Source: Selaginella moellendorffii
Lineage: Eukaryota > Plantae > Lycopodiophyta
Direction: 5' to 3'
Length of the DNA: 64,000 nucleotides
NCBI RefSeq assembly: GCF_000143415.4
Contig: NW_003314263.1
Coordinates: forward strand, 3,854,451-3,918,450
The notes beneath the pieces are model-generated. The model saw nothing but the letters and a program-made list of their open reading frames with translations, had not been told where the DNA came from and did no database searches. Shown one piece after another: positions 12,126 to 25,000 of the stretch. How positions within the stretch are numbered: the stretch's first letter is position 1; each line of letters begins with the position of its first letter. The position numbers were made by a program, and so were the translations under genes.

Positions 12126-12567
12126 AGTCCAGCCCTAAGAAAATATCTTTCCCGCCTAAAAGAATTTGTAGAATATGCTCATTTAGTGGGTGATTAACAA
12201 TCTTTAGTGATGGTTTTTTTTTTTTTTATAGCCTGTCAAAAAGTATGGCAGAATAGCATAATTGTACATCCTCAATTCCTCATCCTTGCAAACTGTATTA
12301 ATAGCTTGATTTAAAACTCCTCATCCTCACAAGATCTTTATTAACAATTTGATCCAAAATTGATGTAGCAAAGTTTGGATTGTTGTGTAGGAATCATATT
12401 TGATAAAAGAAGAGTTAGAGGTCTTGGATCAATATCAAACTTTTAGATGATGGAGGAGGGAAGTATATCTTGGTAGTTACATACATGAACACTTCCTTAT
12501 TCAAGTTTATCTCCAAAGGAGAATGTTTATATAAGAATAATATGTTTTGAAAAAACATTTCCAGACT

Positions 12568-13175
12568 TCTTTAGGAGAAAATAATATAATATATTTTAAT
12601 TGCATTTTTGTTCATTCAAAATAAGTTTTAAAGGAATATTGTCATTTTATATGCTTAGTAAGTTCAAAGTTTACACCAATAATGGCACTATAAGTTTATG
12701 GTTTTCTTTAGGAATAAATATTTTTGTAACAATATATAAATAAATATAATATGTTTCACTTGCATTTTCTATTCATTCAAAATAAGTTTTCAAGGTATAT
12801 TGTCATTTTAAATGCTCAGTAAATTTAAAGTTTATACCATTAGTGGCATTATTAGTTTATGGTTTTCTTTAGGAATAAATATTTTATAACAATGTATAAA
12901 TAAATATAATATATTTCACTTGCATTTCAAAATAAGTTTTAAAGGTATAGTATTATTTTAGATGCTTAGTAGATTTAAAGTTTACACCATCAGTAACATT
13001 ATCAGTTTATTGTCTTCTTTAGAAACAAATATTTTTATAACAACGTATAAATAGATATAATATATTTCACTTGCATTTTTTATTTATTCAAAATAAGTTT
13101 TAAAGATATATTATCATTTTAGATGCTTAATAAGATTAAAATTTACACCATTAATGGCACTATTAGTTTTTGGTA
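12568..13175. repeat. AT-rich tandem repeat, about 4 units of ~140-160 bp
   Basis: The unit TCTTTAG(G/A)A...TATAATAT...TTGCATTT...CAAAATAAGTTTT...ATGCT...TTTA(C/T)ACCA recurs four times within the AT-rich island ~12200-14280. Confidence 0.85.
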
Positions 13176-14287
13176 TTTTGTGGAGGTCAATATACATATG
13201 ATTGGAATGAAGAATAATATAAATATAAAATATTTATTATTAAACTAAGTTAAAAATAGTTATTTATAGGATTTTTGCCTCCTACAACCTTCAAAAGGTT
13301 CACAACTTGATACAAAAATAAAAAATTATATAAATAACAATAAAATAGCAAAATACTTTCAAAAATTAAATATAGAAATATACTCCACATTGATTCTGTT
13401 TAGAAATGAAGCTAACTAATTGGTAACTTCTACACAAAACATATCAGTATCTTCATCGTCTGAGGAATCTAAGAAAAGAAGAAGAATATTGACTATCTTA
13501 TATAATAATTTTCATTTTAAAATTTATAGTTTTATAATTTTAAACTTATATGACCAACTCAGAATATCAACCATTTTATTTAATAATTTTTAATGTTTAG
13601 AAGTAATATATCTATTTTTTATGAGATTTTAATAAAAATAATTATTTTTGAAGCTCATGAGCATAAATAAATTATAAATTTCCTCACCTTTGACTACAAA
13701 AACCCAACTCCTCCCACGAGTCTGGGACAAGATCGTCAAGTACGAACTCTCTCTCCTATCAAGGAAATTATTTAAAATATATTATAAATATAATAATAAA
13801 TTCATTAATAATAGTATGTGATATTAAATACATTAAAAAATTTATGAAAATTAGAAAACATATATTACAAATGGTTTTCTTTTACATTTGAATTTAATTT
13901 TTAATAGAAAGATCTACTCATTTTGTTTGGAATTGTTTAAAAAAAGTTACCCTATTTGTCTTTTATGCATTTTTTATTTATTAAAGATATCAAAATTTAA
14001 GTTTTTCTCAAAGTAAATTCCACTATACTTACTTTTAATACATGTTTTATTTATCAGCACTAGCTGCTATATCAAAAAATAATTTTAATAATAATAAAAT
14101 TAAATAATTTTATATAATAATTAAATTTCTCAATAATTATTTGTGAAATTTATTTGAATAAAAACATGATAAGTAGACATTCATTTAATTGAGCTTTTAG
14201 GGTTGAACTTACTATGTTTTCTATATAAAAAAATATATAAAAGGTTTTTATTATTTGCCCTAATTTTCAACAAAGTTTTCCGATTGA

Positions 14288-15468
14288 ATGGAAGTGTATG
14301 GTAAGTTGGTGGCCGAGCATTTTGTTTTTGGGTTCCAAGCTCTTCTCTATGGTGCAGACTTTGTAGCTGCATATGACGCATGTCAGGTAGCACTCTTATT
14401 CGAGAAAGATGTGTGGGGTTTAAGGATGACCCCTCGTACCTGTGGGACACCAGCCACTCCATCAGCGCTATCTGGCCATACTCCCCAATGGCCTCAACGG
14501 AGGAGGGGCGGTAGAACGTTTACAGGTTTGTGGGCTGCTCATGAGCTGTCTAAAGAACGGCGAGGGCACCGGATTTCAGTGATGGGTGCAATGGAATCGG
14601 GCAAGTCGTATTTGGTTGCTGCAGTTTGCAGTCACATACAGCAGTCTGGAGACAGGCATGTTGTCTTCCTCAACGCTGGAGATCTAGTCCGGAGCTTTCT
14701 GCCGCTGTGTGGGAGGGAATTCTCATGGCATTCCATGGCCACGAGACGGCAAGCCAGGAGCTGCGAGATCTGAATGAGCTCTACTTTTGGTGTGGCCGCA
14801 GACGGGAGCAGCTTCTGTTCGTGGTGGATGACTGGGAGGTGTTTGACGCCCAGCACGGGGACAGTGAGGAAACGAGAATTGCCAAGGACAAAACTAGACA
14901 ACGCATACTCGACTTTGCGCGGCGCCGCCTCTTGGTTGGGATCTCAGCCAAACGCTATCAGAAGGAGCAAAGTCTCAAGAGGAAGCTGATCCTGGACAGG
15001 CAGAAGTTTGTGCTTGACGGACCTTTCAGCCAGATGGAGCTCAAGACATGGCTGGCTTTGTCGTCGTTACCAGAGAGCCTCAAGACGTCTGCTAGCATCC
15101 ATTACCTTACTGGTGGTATGCCGGGCTTGCTCGAATGCCTGGAAGTGGCAAATGGAGATGAGGCTGTCTACCTGGAGTTGATACAAGGGTATACAGCCCG
15201 ACTCGGCCCCGACTTTGTGGACAAGTTGAGCACTCCAGCCGAGATTCAAGCGGGCGTCAATCTTGTCAGGAGCGGAATCATGCCTGAACTTCTCGCTGGG
15301 AAGCTGAATTTCTCGTGCTTCTACAGGGATGGTTCATTGTGTTGGCGTTTGCTTTGCCCACACATCAATGAGTTTACTTCGAGTGCGTCTAGAAGAGCAG
15401 CAGAGCTTCAAGGTTGCAGCTTGATGGTTTCACATCACTGGACAATCTTGGGTGTTTTGAAGGTATAG
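14288..15468 (+). pseudogene. Frameshifted P-loop NTPase (STAND-like / Crinkler-type NTPase)
   Basis: Walker A ISVMGAMESGKS is in ORF 14288-14773. Walker B LLFVVDD and the GxP motif YLTGGMPGLL are in ORF 14626-15468. The frame switch near 14690-14710 has no intron-like gap. Confidence 0.65.
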
Positions 15469-15600
15469 CGGTAGCATTTAGATTCTCGTTTTGAAGGTGA
15501 TGATAGCATTTAAATCCTTAAGGTGATGAAATCATTTCATTATTAATGTTAATGTTATTAATGCCTAATTTACTATTTATTTATTTATTCATTTTGGTTT

Positions 15601-17570
15601 TTATTTATTTTGCATAAAACTTGCATACTTTGCATTCAACAGAAGCTTCTGAACACAAATCAGAGCCTCCTTTCTTACTTCACTGTTATCGTGGTTCATT
15701 AGACGCATCACTCGGTCTTTGGCTCTCATGTCCAAGACAATGCCCCGGCCAGCGGGATGAAACTGGATAAACTGCGCAATGTCTTGGCACGCGACGGCCT
15801 GCGTTCTCGGATCACGAGAGTTGTCGAGAATGGTCACAAGTATTCGCAAAACCTGGAGCAAAAACCACAAGAACTTAGATCCCACCTTTAAAGAACTACA
15901 ACACTACACCTGGAAGTCATTCTCCTCGAATTTCTTGATGTTTTCTTTCCAGAAGAGAGGATCTTTGTGCATCGGAGTCCAATCCAAGTTACCGGACAGC
16001 ACCTCCTGCTTGTACTTCTCGAACGAACTCAGCAGCTTGAGGTTCTTTTTCAGTGTCTCTTCCATGAAATTGAGAGCTTCGGTGAGATCCTGTCCAGCAA
16101 AACGTATTTACATATGCAAGCTTGAAAAAGCAAAAGCTCTTACCTCGTCACTCCATGCTTGCATCTTGAGGTTCTGGATGATCTTTGGCATCCCGAGCTC
16201 GACCATGTCTCGTGCAAAAGTTCCTTTCGTGAGAAGATTTCGCAGCGTCAAAATAACCACTCTCACAACCTGCAACACTCTCGCTATTGTTTCGAAAGTA
16301 ACACAAAGAAAGATGAAAGCAAACCTTTTCTTTGGAGGACGTTCTCGCGACTTCCACCAGCCGAGGTAAGGCTCGGGTGGCTGCTATAGCGTCCACGGCC
16401 AAGCTGTAGAACGAGAGGAGCCACATGCACAGAGTTGCCTCGTACAGTAGCTAGAAACGGAAAACAAGACTACCGCTGTTAAAAACCAGTTGAGTTGAGA
16501 GCACAGCATCACGAACCTGAATGTACTGCTGTGTTGTTGCGGGAGATATCAATGGAGTCAGGAGTTTCACGCCCTCAAGTTGGACAAACATGGATTTCAC
16601 ACCGTGGTCTCTTAGCAGAGTAGCCAAAGAGCTCACGGCTGTTGGTATTGCGCGGCTTGGATGAGAAGGATGTCTTAGCTGCCGAGAGATAGAAAAAGAA
16701 AATCATTCGGTGGATCGATGGAAACAGTAGCTATATTACCTGAATACAAAGCCACGAGACAAGTTTCTGAAGGACATCCTGCAATACGTTCTTGGAAGGC
16801 CCAGGCTTTTGTGAGACCTCCACCGCCTGTTGTCGTGGACGAGCGCTTTCAAACAAGGAAAAGTAAGACAAATTCTCTCGCAAAGTCTCAAAACAAGCTA
16901 CCTGATCAAGACGGTCAGAATCTTGCAAGCTTTCTCTTGCAAAAACCAATTTTTCCTGGACAACAAACTGGGGGAAAGAAAAGGAAGACTCAGTGCCTAT
17001 CCATCGAATCAACAAATCCTCACCTCAAGAAAGGCCGGTAAATCTCCTCGGGAGAAAATTCTTCATCGTGGAACAATGCAGCATGCTTTATCGGATCCAC
17101 TGGCATGAATTCAAAGAAGTTTGGCTCAGTCATCCTTCCAAAAAACAACCATACTTCCAAAAGCTATGGACTTACCAGAAAGCATTTCATCCACCAACGC
17201 TACCACATACTCCACCGTTTCTTCCTTCGTGATGTTGTCAAGTAGTCTCAAGAACACTCTCACATAAGCAACACCGTTCTGCCAAAAACAAAGAAATCAA
17301 TCCTCTCCAATCCAATTCAATCCAGGAAACTAGATTCTAGCAACGAAAATTCCCAATTACCTCTTCTAGCATAGCAATCTGCGCATCCTCGGGCTTGTGA
17401 TCGTAGCGCCTCAGCAGCTGCAAATCCGTGCTGGAGATGAGCTTCGCATTGAGGTAATTCTCCCATGGAATGTCTCTCGTCAACACCTGCAATGGGGTTT
17501 TCACTGAGAAAAATCCATCGCAATGGGGGGAATCTACCTGATCTCGCGTGAGATCCATTGGCGGATCCAT
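15601..17570 (-). CDS. VHA-H: V-type proton ATPase subunit H (multi-exon)
   Basis: [39 protein letters not shown], and the C-terminal LRILVTILD...[21 protein letters not shown]...[25 protein letters not shown]. Alternative ATG at 17558. Confidence 0.95.
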
Positions 17571-17757
17571 CGCCTAGTCCATCCAAGAGCCACAAATCCA
17601 GCAGCAGCAGCTCGGATCTATCCCAATTCGCGCAAAGAGAAGAGAGAGCCTCGTTGCCCTAATCAATCCTTTTCACATTATAGGGCTCTTCACAGAAACC
17701 AAAAAATCTGGACGAGCAAAAGAAAACTTTCCTTTCTTTCCTTTTATCTTGTGCCTT

Positions 17758-19209
17758 CTAATCCTTGAGAAAATGGGGTGAGAGGTACTTGGTGATGCCG
17801 ATTCCAAGCAGCGATTCACACTGGAGTAGTTCTTTGAGCTTGGCGTCGCAAATCACTCGCCTCCTGTCCTCTGGATCCTGGAAAAATAAGAAAAAGTGTT
17901 GGATCGATCAAGAAAAAAACTGTTTTTTCCTTCTTACCTGGAGGTTGTGCTCTTTGATGTAATCCCACATGAGCTTCACCACGTCCGATCGCACCATCTC
18001 CGTCTCGTTCGTGGCCAGGAAGGATTTGAGCGCTTGCGAGATCCGAAAAGGCTTGCTGAGGCCGCTTCCTCTGGACGAAGATGGTGACTTCGGCGGCTTC
18101 GGCTTGGATACTCCAGTTGGTCCTGCCACCATCGCCAGAGCATAGTAAGTTCTCGTCGAGAAAACAAGACTGAACTTCACTCCCGATCATAGTTTCTTAA
18201 TCTCTTATGAATCTAGCGGTAAACTATGAAAAATGCTAGCTCTCCTTAGAAGGAAACTATGAAAACAATGCTAGATCCCCTCTCACGAAAACTAAAATGC
18301 TAGCACTCCTCTCCTAAACACTCTCGGAAGAATCTCTCGAGGCTAAGAAAAAGGAGGAAGTTTCTCTTACCCGTGTATGTGAGATGCCTGGAGAGTAATC
18401 GGCTCAGCTGGAACATATCAGTCCTCTCCACGCCCAAAACTTGAGCCAAATCCGCATTGCACACGATGCTTCGCCGGTCGGCCGGGTCCTGGAGGTTGTG
18501 CTCGTGAATGTAGTTCCACACGCTCTTCACCACCTATAGAACGAGAACGATGAGACCAAAATTTACAAGGAAGAACAAAGAAGTTAAGAACAAACAACCA
18601 AAGAACATAGAAAACAAGCAAAACAAAGAGCATCGAAATGGATGAAAGAACCGAAGGAAAAATCTGCCTGGAAGGAACAAGCAAGAGATAAGAGAACTAG
18701 ATCCAGGAGAGAAAGAAGGAAGAAAAGAGAGGGGAGAGCTAACTAGAATGCAATCTAAAAGAAAACAAAGAATCTAAAGGGAGGAAAAAGAGGAGATGGT
18801 TACTTACTTGAGGCCGCGGGAGCTCTTCTTTGCCGATTATCCTCTGGAGCTCCTCCGAGATCCGGCAGCTCCTGGTAAATCCACTGGGCACCTCCTGGTG
18901 CTTGGCCGCTACGGCGCTGTGGCGGCATTGCAAAGATTTTTAGCTCCTGGCCACGAGAATTAGAGATTTCTTCTACCTCTCGGCGTGCGATGAAACCCTG
19001 GCGAGGAGAAAGCCCTTCCTCGCCGCGCACCCCACTGCCAGAGCCACGATCACATACATTGTCCTCTAGAACCCACGAGAAATCTTACTGCGAGCGATGG
19101 AGCTGAGGCCCAGGACCGCCGCGCCGCGCCGCAAGGAGGGATCATCGCCGCCGCAGTCGTGCTGGAAGGATTGGATGAGGGAGGACGACGAAGAGGACAA
19201 GGCCGCCAT
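17758..19209 (-). CDS. SWIB/MDM2-domain protein with two SWIB domains and a likely organellar transit peptide
   Basis: ATG at 19209 (MAALSSSSSS...). SWIB1: SGFTRSCRISEELQRIIG...VVKSVWNYIHEHNLQDPADRRSIVC. SWIB2: GLSKPFRISQALKSFL...VVKLMWDYIKEHNLQDPEDRRRVICDAKLKELL...KYLSPHF. Confidence 0.85.
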
Positions 19210-19454
19210 ATCCAAAATGCCAAAGAGATTTTAGGGTTCCTGGGTTTAGTAGCAGTAGGCATACCAGAATATGCCAAATTCCCGGCGGAATATGCTTTGT
19301 TCGTCCTGACCAGTACGAACTTAAATAACTCATGTTTTTCATGGTTTTTGAAGAATTACTTTTTCACGATATTTATGAAAACAAAGGGCCATATGTACAA
19401 AATTTATCCACACTCTTCCTTCTTTCCTCTTAAACCCCGGAATACCCTTCCTTT

Positions 19455-20410
19455 AATCTTTCCTTGAGAAAAAGCGGGATTCACACTGGAGCAAAATTCT
19501 CAGAGCTTGGCGTCGCAAATCACTCGCCTGGTCCTTCAATCCATTGAAAAAAGAGTTGGATCGATCCAGAAAAGAAAAAAAAACCTGTTTTTTACCTGGA
19601 GGATGTACCATCTCGGTCTCGTTTGGCCAGGAAGGATTTGAGCGCTGGCGAGATCCGGAAGGGCTTGCTGAGGCCACTTCCTCTGGAAGTCGAGGACGAG
19701 GATGGCAGCTTGGGCTTGGATACTCGCCAAAAACATAGTAGGTTCTCGGATACTCAAACTTCTAATCGAAAGAACTCCGGATCTAGAAGTAAGCTATGAA
19801 AGATGCTAGCTCTCCCTAGAGGAAACTATGCTAGCTCTCCTCCCGAAAACTGGAGCCTAGAATGCGAGCTCTCCTCTCTCGAAAATCCACGAAACTCACT
19901 CTAAGAAAAAGGAGGAGGTTTCTCTTACCCAACATATCAGTTCTCTCCGAGTCCGCATTGTTGCACACAATGCTTCGCCGGTCGGCCAGGTCCTGGATGT
20001 TGTTTGCGCTCGTGAATGTAGTTCTCACGCTCTTCACCACCTATAGAGCGAGAACGATGAGACCAAAACCAAGGAAGTTAAGCCATTCAAACCAAAAGCA
20101 AAGAAAGGACCGAGGAAAGATTCGCTTCGAAGGGAAAAGAAAGAGATAGAGAACTAGATCCGAGAAACGAAAGAAAGAGGGAGAGAGGGAGCCTAGAACG
20201 CAATCTTAAAGAATCCAAAGGGAGGGAAAAGAGGGGAAATTCTTCTCCCTCTCGCATGCGAACGAAAACTCTTACCGCGAGCGATGGAGCTGAGCCAAGG
20301 ATCTCCGCGCCGTGCTGCGAGGGATCATCGCCGCCGCCGCTGCTGGAAGGATTGGATGACGGAAGACGACGAAGAGGACAAGGCCGCCATATCCAAAATG
20401 CCAAATTTTA
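19455..20410 (-). pseudogene. Deletion-riddled tandem copy of the adjacent SWIB gene
   Basis: Colinear similarity to 17760-19240 including introns and the start region (GAAGAGGACAAGGCCGCCATATCCAAAATGCCAAA at both ~19190 and ~20370). The frames are broken. Confidence 0.85.
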
Positions 20411-20433
20411 GGGTTCTAGGAGAATAGAAACGA

Positions 20434-21931
20434 ATGAAGCGCGCGAGAAGCTCCGATGAAGAGGAGGAAGAGGAGGAGGAGGATGACGACGACGATGAAA
20501 TGGACGAGGAGGAGATCGCGCTGATCCAAGAGCGAGCGTACCAGGACTGCATTGGTGAGGTGAGGGAGCTCGTCGGGCCAGAAGCTACGAATTTGCTTCG
20601 CGACACGACGAAGAGAATCTGCGCTGTTTGCCCGACGAGGACGGAGTTCACTGGCTGGAGAGGGCTCATCGCTCACGCCGAGACGATCCGGTGAGAAAAG
20701 CTCTTCTTTTTCGGTGTTCTTGGATTCTTTCTTGGAAGTCTTGCGTTTTTTTTTTTCGTGTGTGTTCTTCCGGTGAAAGTCTTGCGTTTTTTCCTTTGTC
20801 TTTGCTGATGATGAGCAATGGTTTTCCAGGGACCGGAAGAAGTTTGTGAATCGGCACCGAGGCTACTATCGAGCTCTGGTGGAAGTGCTGTCGCCAAATT
20901 CAAGGATGCACGGCACGACGCCAACTCCGGCCCAGAAAATGAAGCACGAAGTGAGCAAGGAGAAGCTGCGATCGTTCAAGATCGAGGAGAAGAAAGAACT
21001 CGTCGCCAGCAGCAGGAGTGCCATCGAAGCCGCGCTAAACGAAGCCACGCAAAGCTTGGAAACCGATAGAGCTCGAAGGGAAGAAATGCAACGACGCTTC
21101 GCACAAGAGGTAAAGTTCTTTCTTCTTGTTGGTTCTTCTTTCCTTTCTAGTCAATCTTTTGTTCAGATTTCTCGACTGGACGAAGATTTCGAGAAGAGAA
21201 TGAGACGGCAGCAGGCTGAGTTTGAAAAGGTGAACTTGATGCTGCGAGAGAAGCTTGATTTCCAGGACTCCAAGACCGAGAAGGAGAAGATGGATCATCT
21301 CGAATACTTGCAACGGCTGCGAGCTAAAGAATCAAGGAACGCACAAGAGACGTAAGTTTGCGATCGACTCTTTCGGCTTTCGCTAAACGCTGGCTCCACA
21401 AATGCAGCGCCTTGAAGCTCCAGGCCATGGAAAACAAAAAGCAGCAGTTTGAAGCCTCGGTAAGAGAGGCCGAGGAGAAGTTTAGGCAGGAACACGATAG
21501 CTTGGAGATGGATCTAATCGAGCGTGAGAGCAAGGAAATCCTGGAAGTAAGTCTCATTCTTTCTCTTCTTTAAGTTGATCATTTTGTTTTTTTTCTCTCT
21601 TGCGTTTGCAGCTCCAGATGCAATTCGAGAAGGAGATTGCAGAAGCAATGAAAGAGTCTTCCAACACACCAGTCGCTGCCGCTCCTCCTTCCAGTGACAA
21701 GAAGGTGAAAACTTCTGAGACTTTTGCTTCTCTTCTGCTTCTACTTTCGTTTTCCAGGACGAATGCTCGCACTGTTTGGAGGATTTCGAGAACTGTGGCA
21801 CAAGGGCGTTGCTGATTCCTTGTGGACATGCTCTCATGTGCATGGAATGCGCCAAGAAAGTCCAACAAGAGCACAAAAGCTGTCCTCACTGCCGGGCTCC
21901 AATCGAGCAAGTCCACAAGTTTTACAAGTAA
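20434..21931 (+). CDS. Multi-exon protein: acidic N-terminus, zf-XS-like finger, coiled coil, C-terminal RING-HC (putative E3 ligase)
   Basis: CAVC...FTGWRGLIAHA...HRGYYRAL; long E/K/Q-rich coiled coil; terminal exon CSHCLEDF...LLIPCGHALMCMECAKKVQQEHKSCPHCRAPI; stop at 21929-21931. Confidence 0.75.
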
Positions 21932-22060
21932 GCTTTTGAAAGACAAGCCCTTTATTCACTGAAGAAAAACTGTCAAAACTTTCCACTTGCAAAAATCCTT
22001 GGTTATTCACATGTATACAAGCCTCCCCTCGTTTCTTACCTCTAGAACTGTCGCTGAGAA

Positions 22061-25000
22061 TCACCTGTTAGACCATTGGAATTCTATCTCCAGCGTGCGC
22101 GGACTTCCATCTCGGTTGCTATCGGGCTTGAGTTGATACTCTCCACTTAAGTTGCCCAGCAAAACCACGCGGTCGATCTGTATGGTGACTTTACCAAGCG
22201 ATGCCTGCTCGAGAGGAAGGACGAGAACATCAATATCTCTCTCAAACAAAGAGAGAACTTTCGTTACCTTTCCAAAGGCTCCCTTGTTCTTGCATGATAT
22301 GTGAAGCTTCTGGCCCTTTGGGGGCGTGTCGAAAGCCCACGCAAATCCTTGCTCCCATTGCGGAGCACTGTTGTTGGAAACAACCTGTGACGGGCGAAGG
22401 AAAACACCATTTCTCTATAGCTTCAGTACCGACGTGAAGGATCGAAGGACAACTTACTCGTGTCTGTCGAGGAGGTCCACTTCCCAGCGTGATCTTGCAA
22501 AACGCGTTGGTTCCACCCATGGACTGCCGCAAGTTGTTTCCACGCTTGATGTTAACCAGCAAGTTCCCGGGTAAGCACTGCAGGAGAAGCTCTATGCGCT
22601 CGTGGAAGCGCTGAGGACCGGTTCTCATCAGCATCTGGAGCACGGGTATGGCGTCCGCCATTGCGTTTGCTTGAGCTCGGCCCTCTTCTTCCGGACTGGC
22701 CGACCATGTCTGGCGAAAGAGGAAGAGAGTGTCCAGTGCTGCCTCTTGCGCCACCTCCGACTCGGTCTTCATAGCTCCGATCAAAAGAGGAATGCTGGCG
22801 GTGGCTATCTCGGTGATCCGGAACTTCGGATAGAGGTTGAAGAGCGTGTTGATGGCTTTGATCACCTCGTCTTTGATCGGTTCTCTGGACCACAAATCCT
22901 TCTCGAGTAACGCTGAAAGAGAAGGCAGAAAGTTATAAGCCTGGATGACAAAGTTTAAAACTTACCGAGTAAAGCTTGGATCACCTCTATGGATGCGAAC
23001 TCCTGGATCGTATAGTTGGAGAAGAGAATCCGGATCAGAGCCGCAGCTTGCACGGCAGTATCGGAGCTTGCGGTGGCGACGAGCTCTTGCAGAGCTTGCA
23101 CTCCTCCAGCCTCGGCAACAGCGCGCTTGTTTGGACGACTGTTCACCACCAAGTTTTGCAACGCACAGATTGCCACCATTTGTATCTCTTCGTTGTGCTG
23201 GCCCTCCAGTAAACTCACCAAGGCCCGGCATGCCGAGACAGCATCAGTCGACTTGCAGAGAGCGTCGTTCTGGAAGAGATCACCAAGAGCGAGAGCTGCC
23301 AGCAGTCTTGCCTGCTCCGACTGTGTCTGGGGATCCAGAAGAAACTCAGACAAGGGACAAACTGCGAGCTTGGTTGCTTTCATGCCCCGGACGGTAACGT
23401 TGTTCACGAGTGACTCCAGGAGGCGAGCAGCTGCTTCTTCGCATTGGTGGCTCCTCAAAATCTCCACTAGAGACTCGACAGCTCCATTCTCTGCCATGAT
23501 CTCCGCGGTGGACGCGTCTTCTTTCTCCATGACCAGCAAGGCGTGCAGAGACACAGCCACCGTCGCCTCGGACGTGGATCTTAAAAGCTTCGAAACCACT
23601 GCTGGCGTGAGCTCCTGGCAGTAGTTCTGTGAAAGGTTGGAGAGCAGCTTTGCAGCGCATTCCCACAGGCCGTGCGGAGCCGGAGGATCGGTCTGCAAGA
23701 TGATCTTCGAAACCTCCGAGATACCACCCGACTCCACCAGTGCGTCCGGCCAGCTGGTGGACGCAAGCTCCAGAGCATTCACGGCTCTTTGCTGGACGCT
23801 GAGAGCACCACTGCTGCCCGCCAACTTTACAAGCGCTGGAACCGCAGCTTGAGTGATTGGATCCTGCTGGAAGCGAGGCTCCACGAGTAAATGCGAGAGG
23901 AGCTCCGCTGCTACTTGTTGGACGGACTGGGACGTCGACTCGAGAAGCTGCACCAGCGGCTGTAGAGCGAGACCGCAACTCAAAGTTTGCGAAGCCGTGC
24001 ATTGTGGCTTTTCGATGATGTTTACCAGCGTCTGGACGGCACTGTGCTGGCCTGCAGGTCCAATCTCAGCTCGAGTCTGCAGCATCGTGAACAGGGGCTC
24101 GACAGCCTTGGCTGCCGACGTGCTCTTTGCGATGCTGCTGTTGTTGGTCAGAATCCTCAAAAGTTCTGCTCCGCGAGCACAAAAAGAGTCCGGCGAAGGC
24201 TCCTGTCCCATACTGACGAGAACTCTGTCGATCACTCCGGCTTTTACCATGTCAAGCTTGCAAAGTGGTCGATCCTTCCCGAGCTTTATCAGAGCACTCA
24301 CTGCCACCTCGTGCACCTTGAAGCTAGCACCGACTATGAGCTCCACGAGTGGAACCACAGCACCATATGCTGCTACTGCCTCGGCCTGTTGCTCGTCGTC
24401 CAAGAGATTATCGAGAGCCTGAGTAGCGACGTGCTGCACGGACTCGGCCTCGGCGGTACTGAGCAAGTCGATCAGGGGAAGGATGCAGGTACTAGCAGCA
24501 GCCTTGGATCTTACTCGTGCGTTTGCAAAAAGGACCGAGCAAAGCTCCGCTGCATGCTCTTTAAGCTGAAGTGACGACGAAGAAGTGTCGGCCGACAGTA
24601 TCTTGCTCAAGATCTCTAAAGTATTGAGCTCAACGTCGCCAATCACGATCGCCTTGTGAGGATTGTCTGCCGCTAGAGATATCAGCGCACCGATTGCCGC
24701 TCGCTGCTCTCGCTCCACGGCGGCACTCAGCATCTCAACCAGTGGTACAATAGCTTGAGTCGCTACGTCTCCACCTCGGATTTGCTCAGCACCAAAAACA
24801 CCCTGGAGTGCTCGAGCTGCTGTGTACCTGGATCCTCGAGCTCCCATTCTCAACACTGCTACAAGCTGGTCTACTGCACCTGAAGCCGAGTCGTGACGTC
24901 GAAGCTCGGGACTGCTGAAAAGAATCCTCAGGAGCTCGGCAGCAGCTTCTTCTATGGCATCTTGAGGGCCGAGAGAGAGATACTTTGTGAGAGCTTCTAG

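Noticed and set aside
13710-13731. CCTCCCA-N6-TGGGACAAG mini-hairpin shared with ~63662-63683
   Set aside because: Too short to exclude chance in 64 kb; no flanking similarity or Helitron-type CTRR end confirmed.
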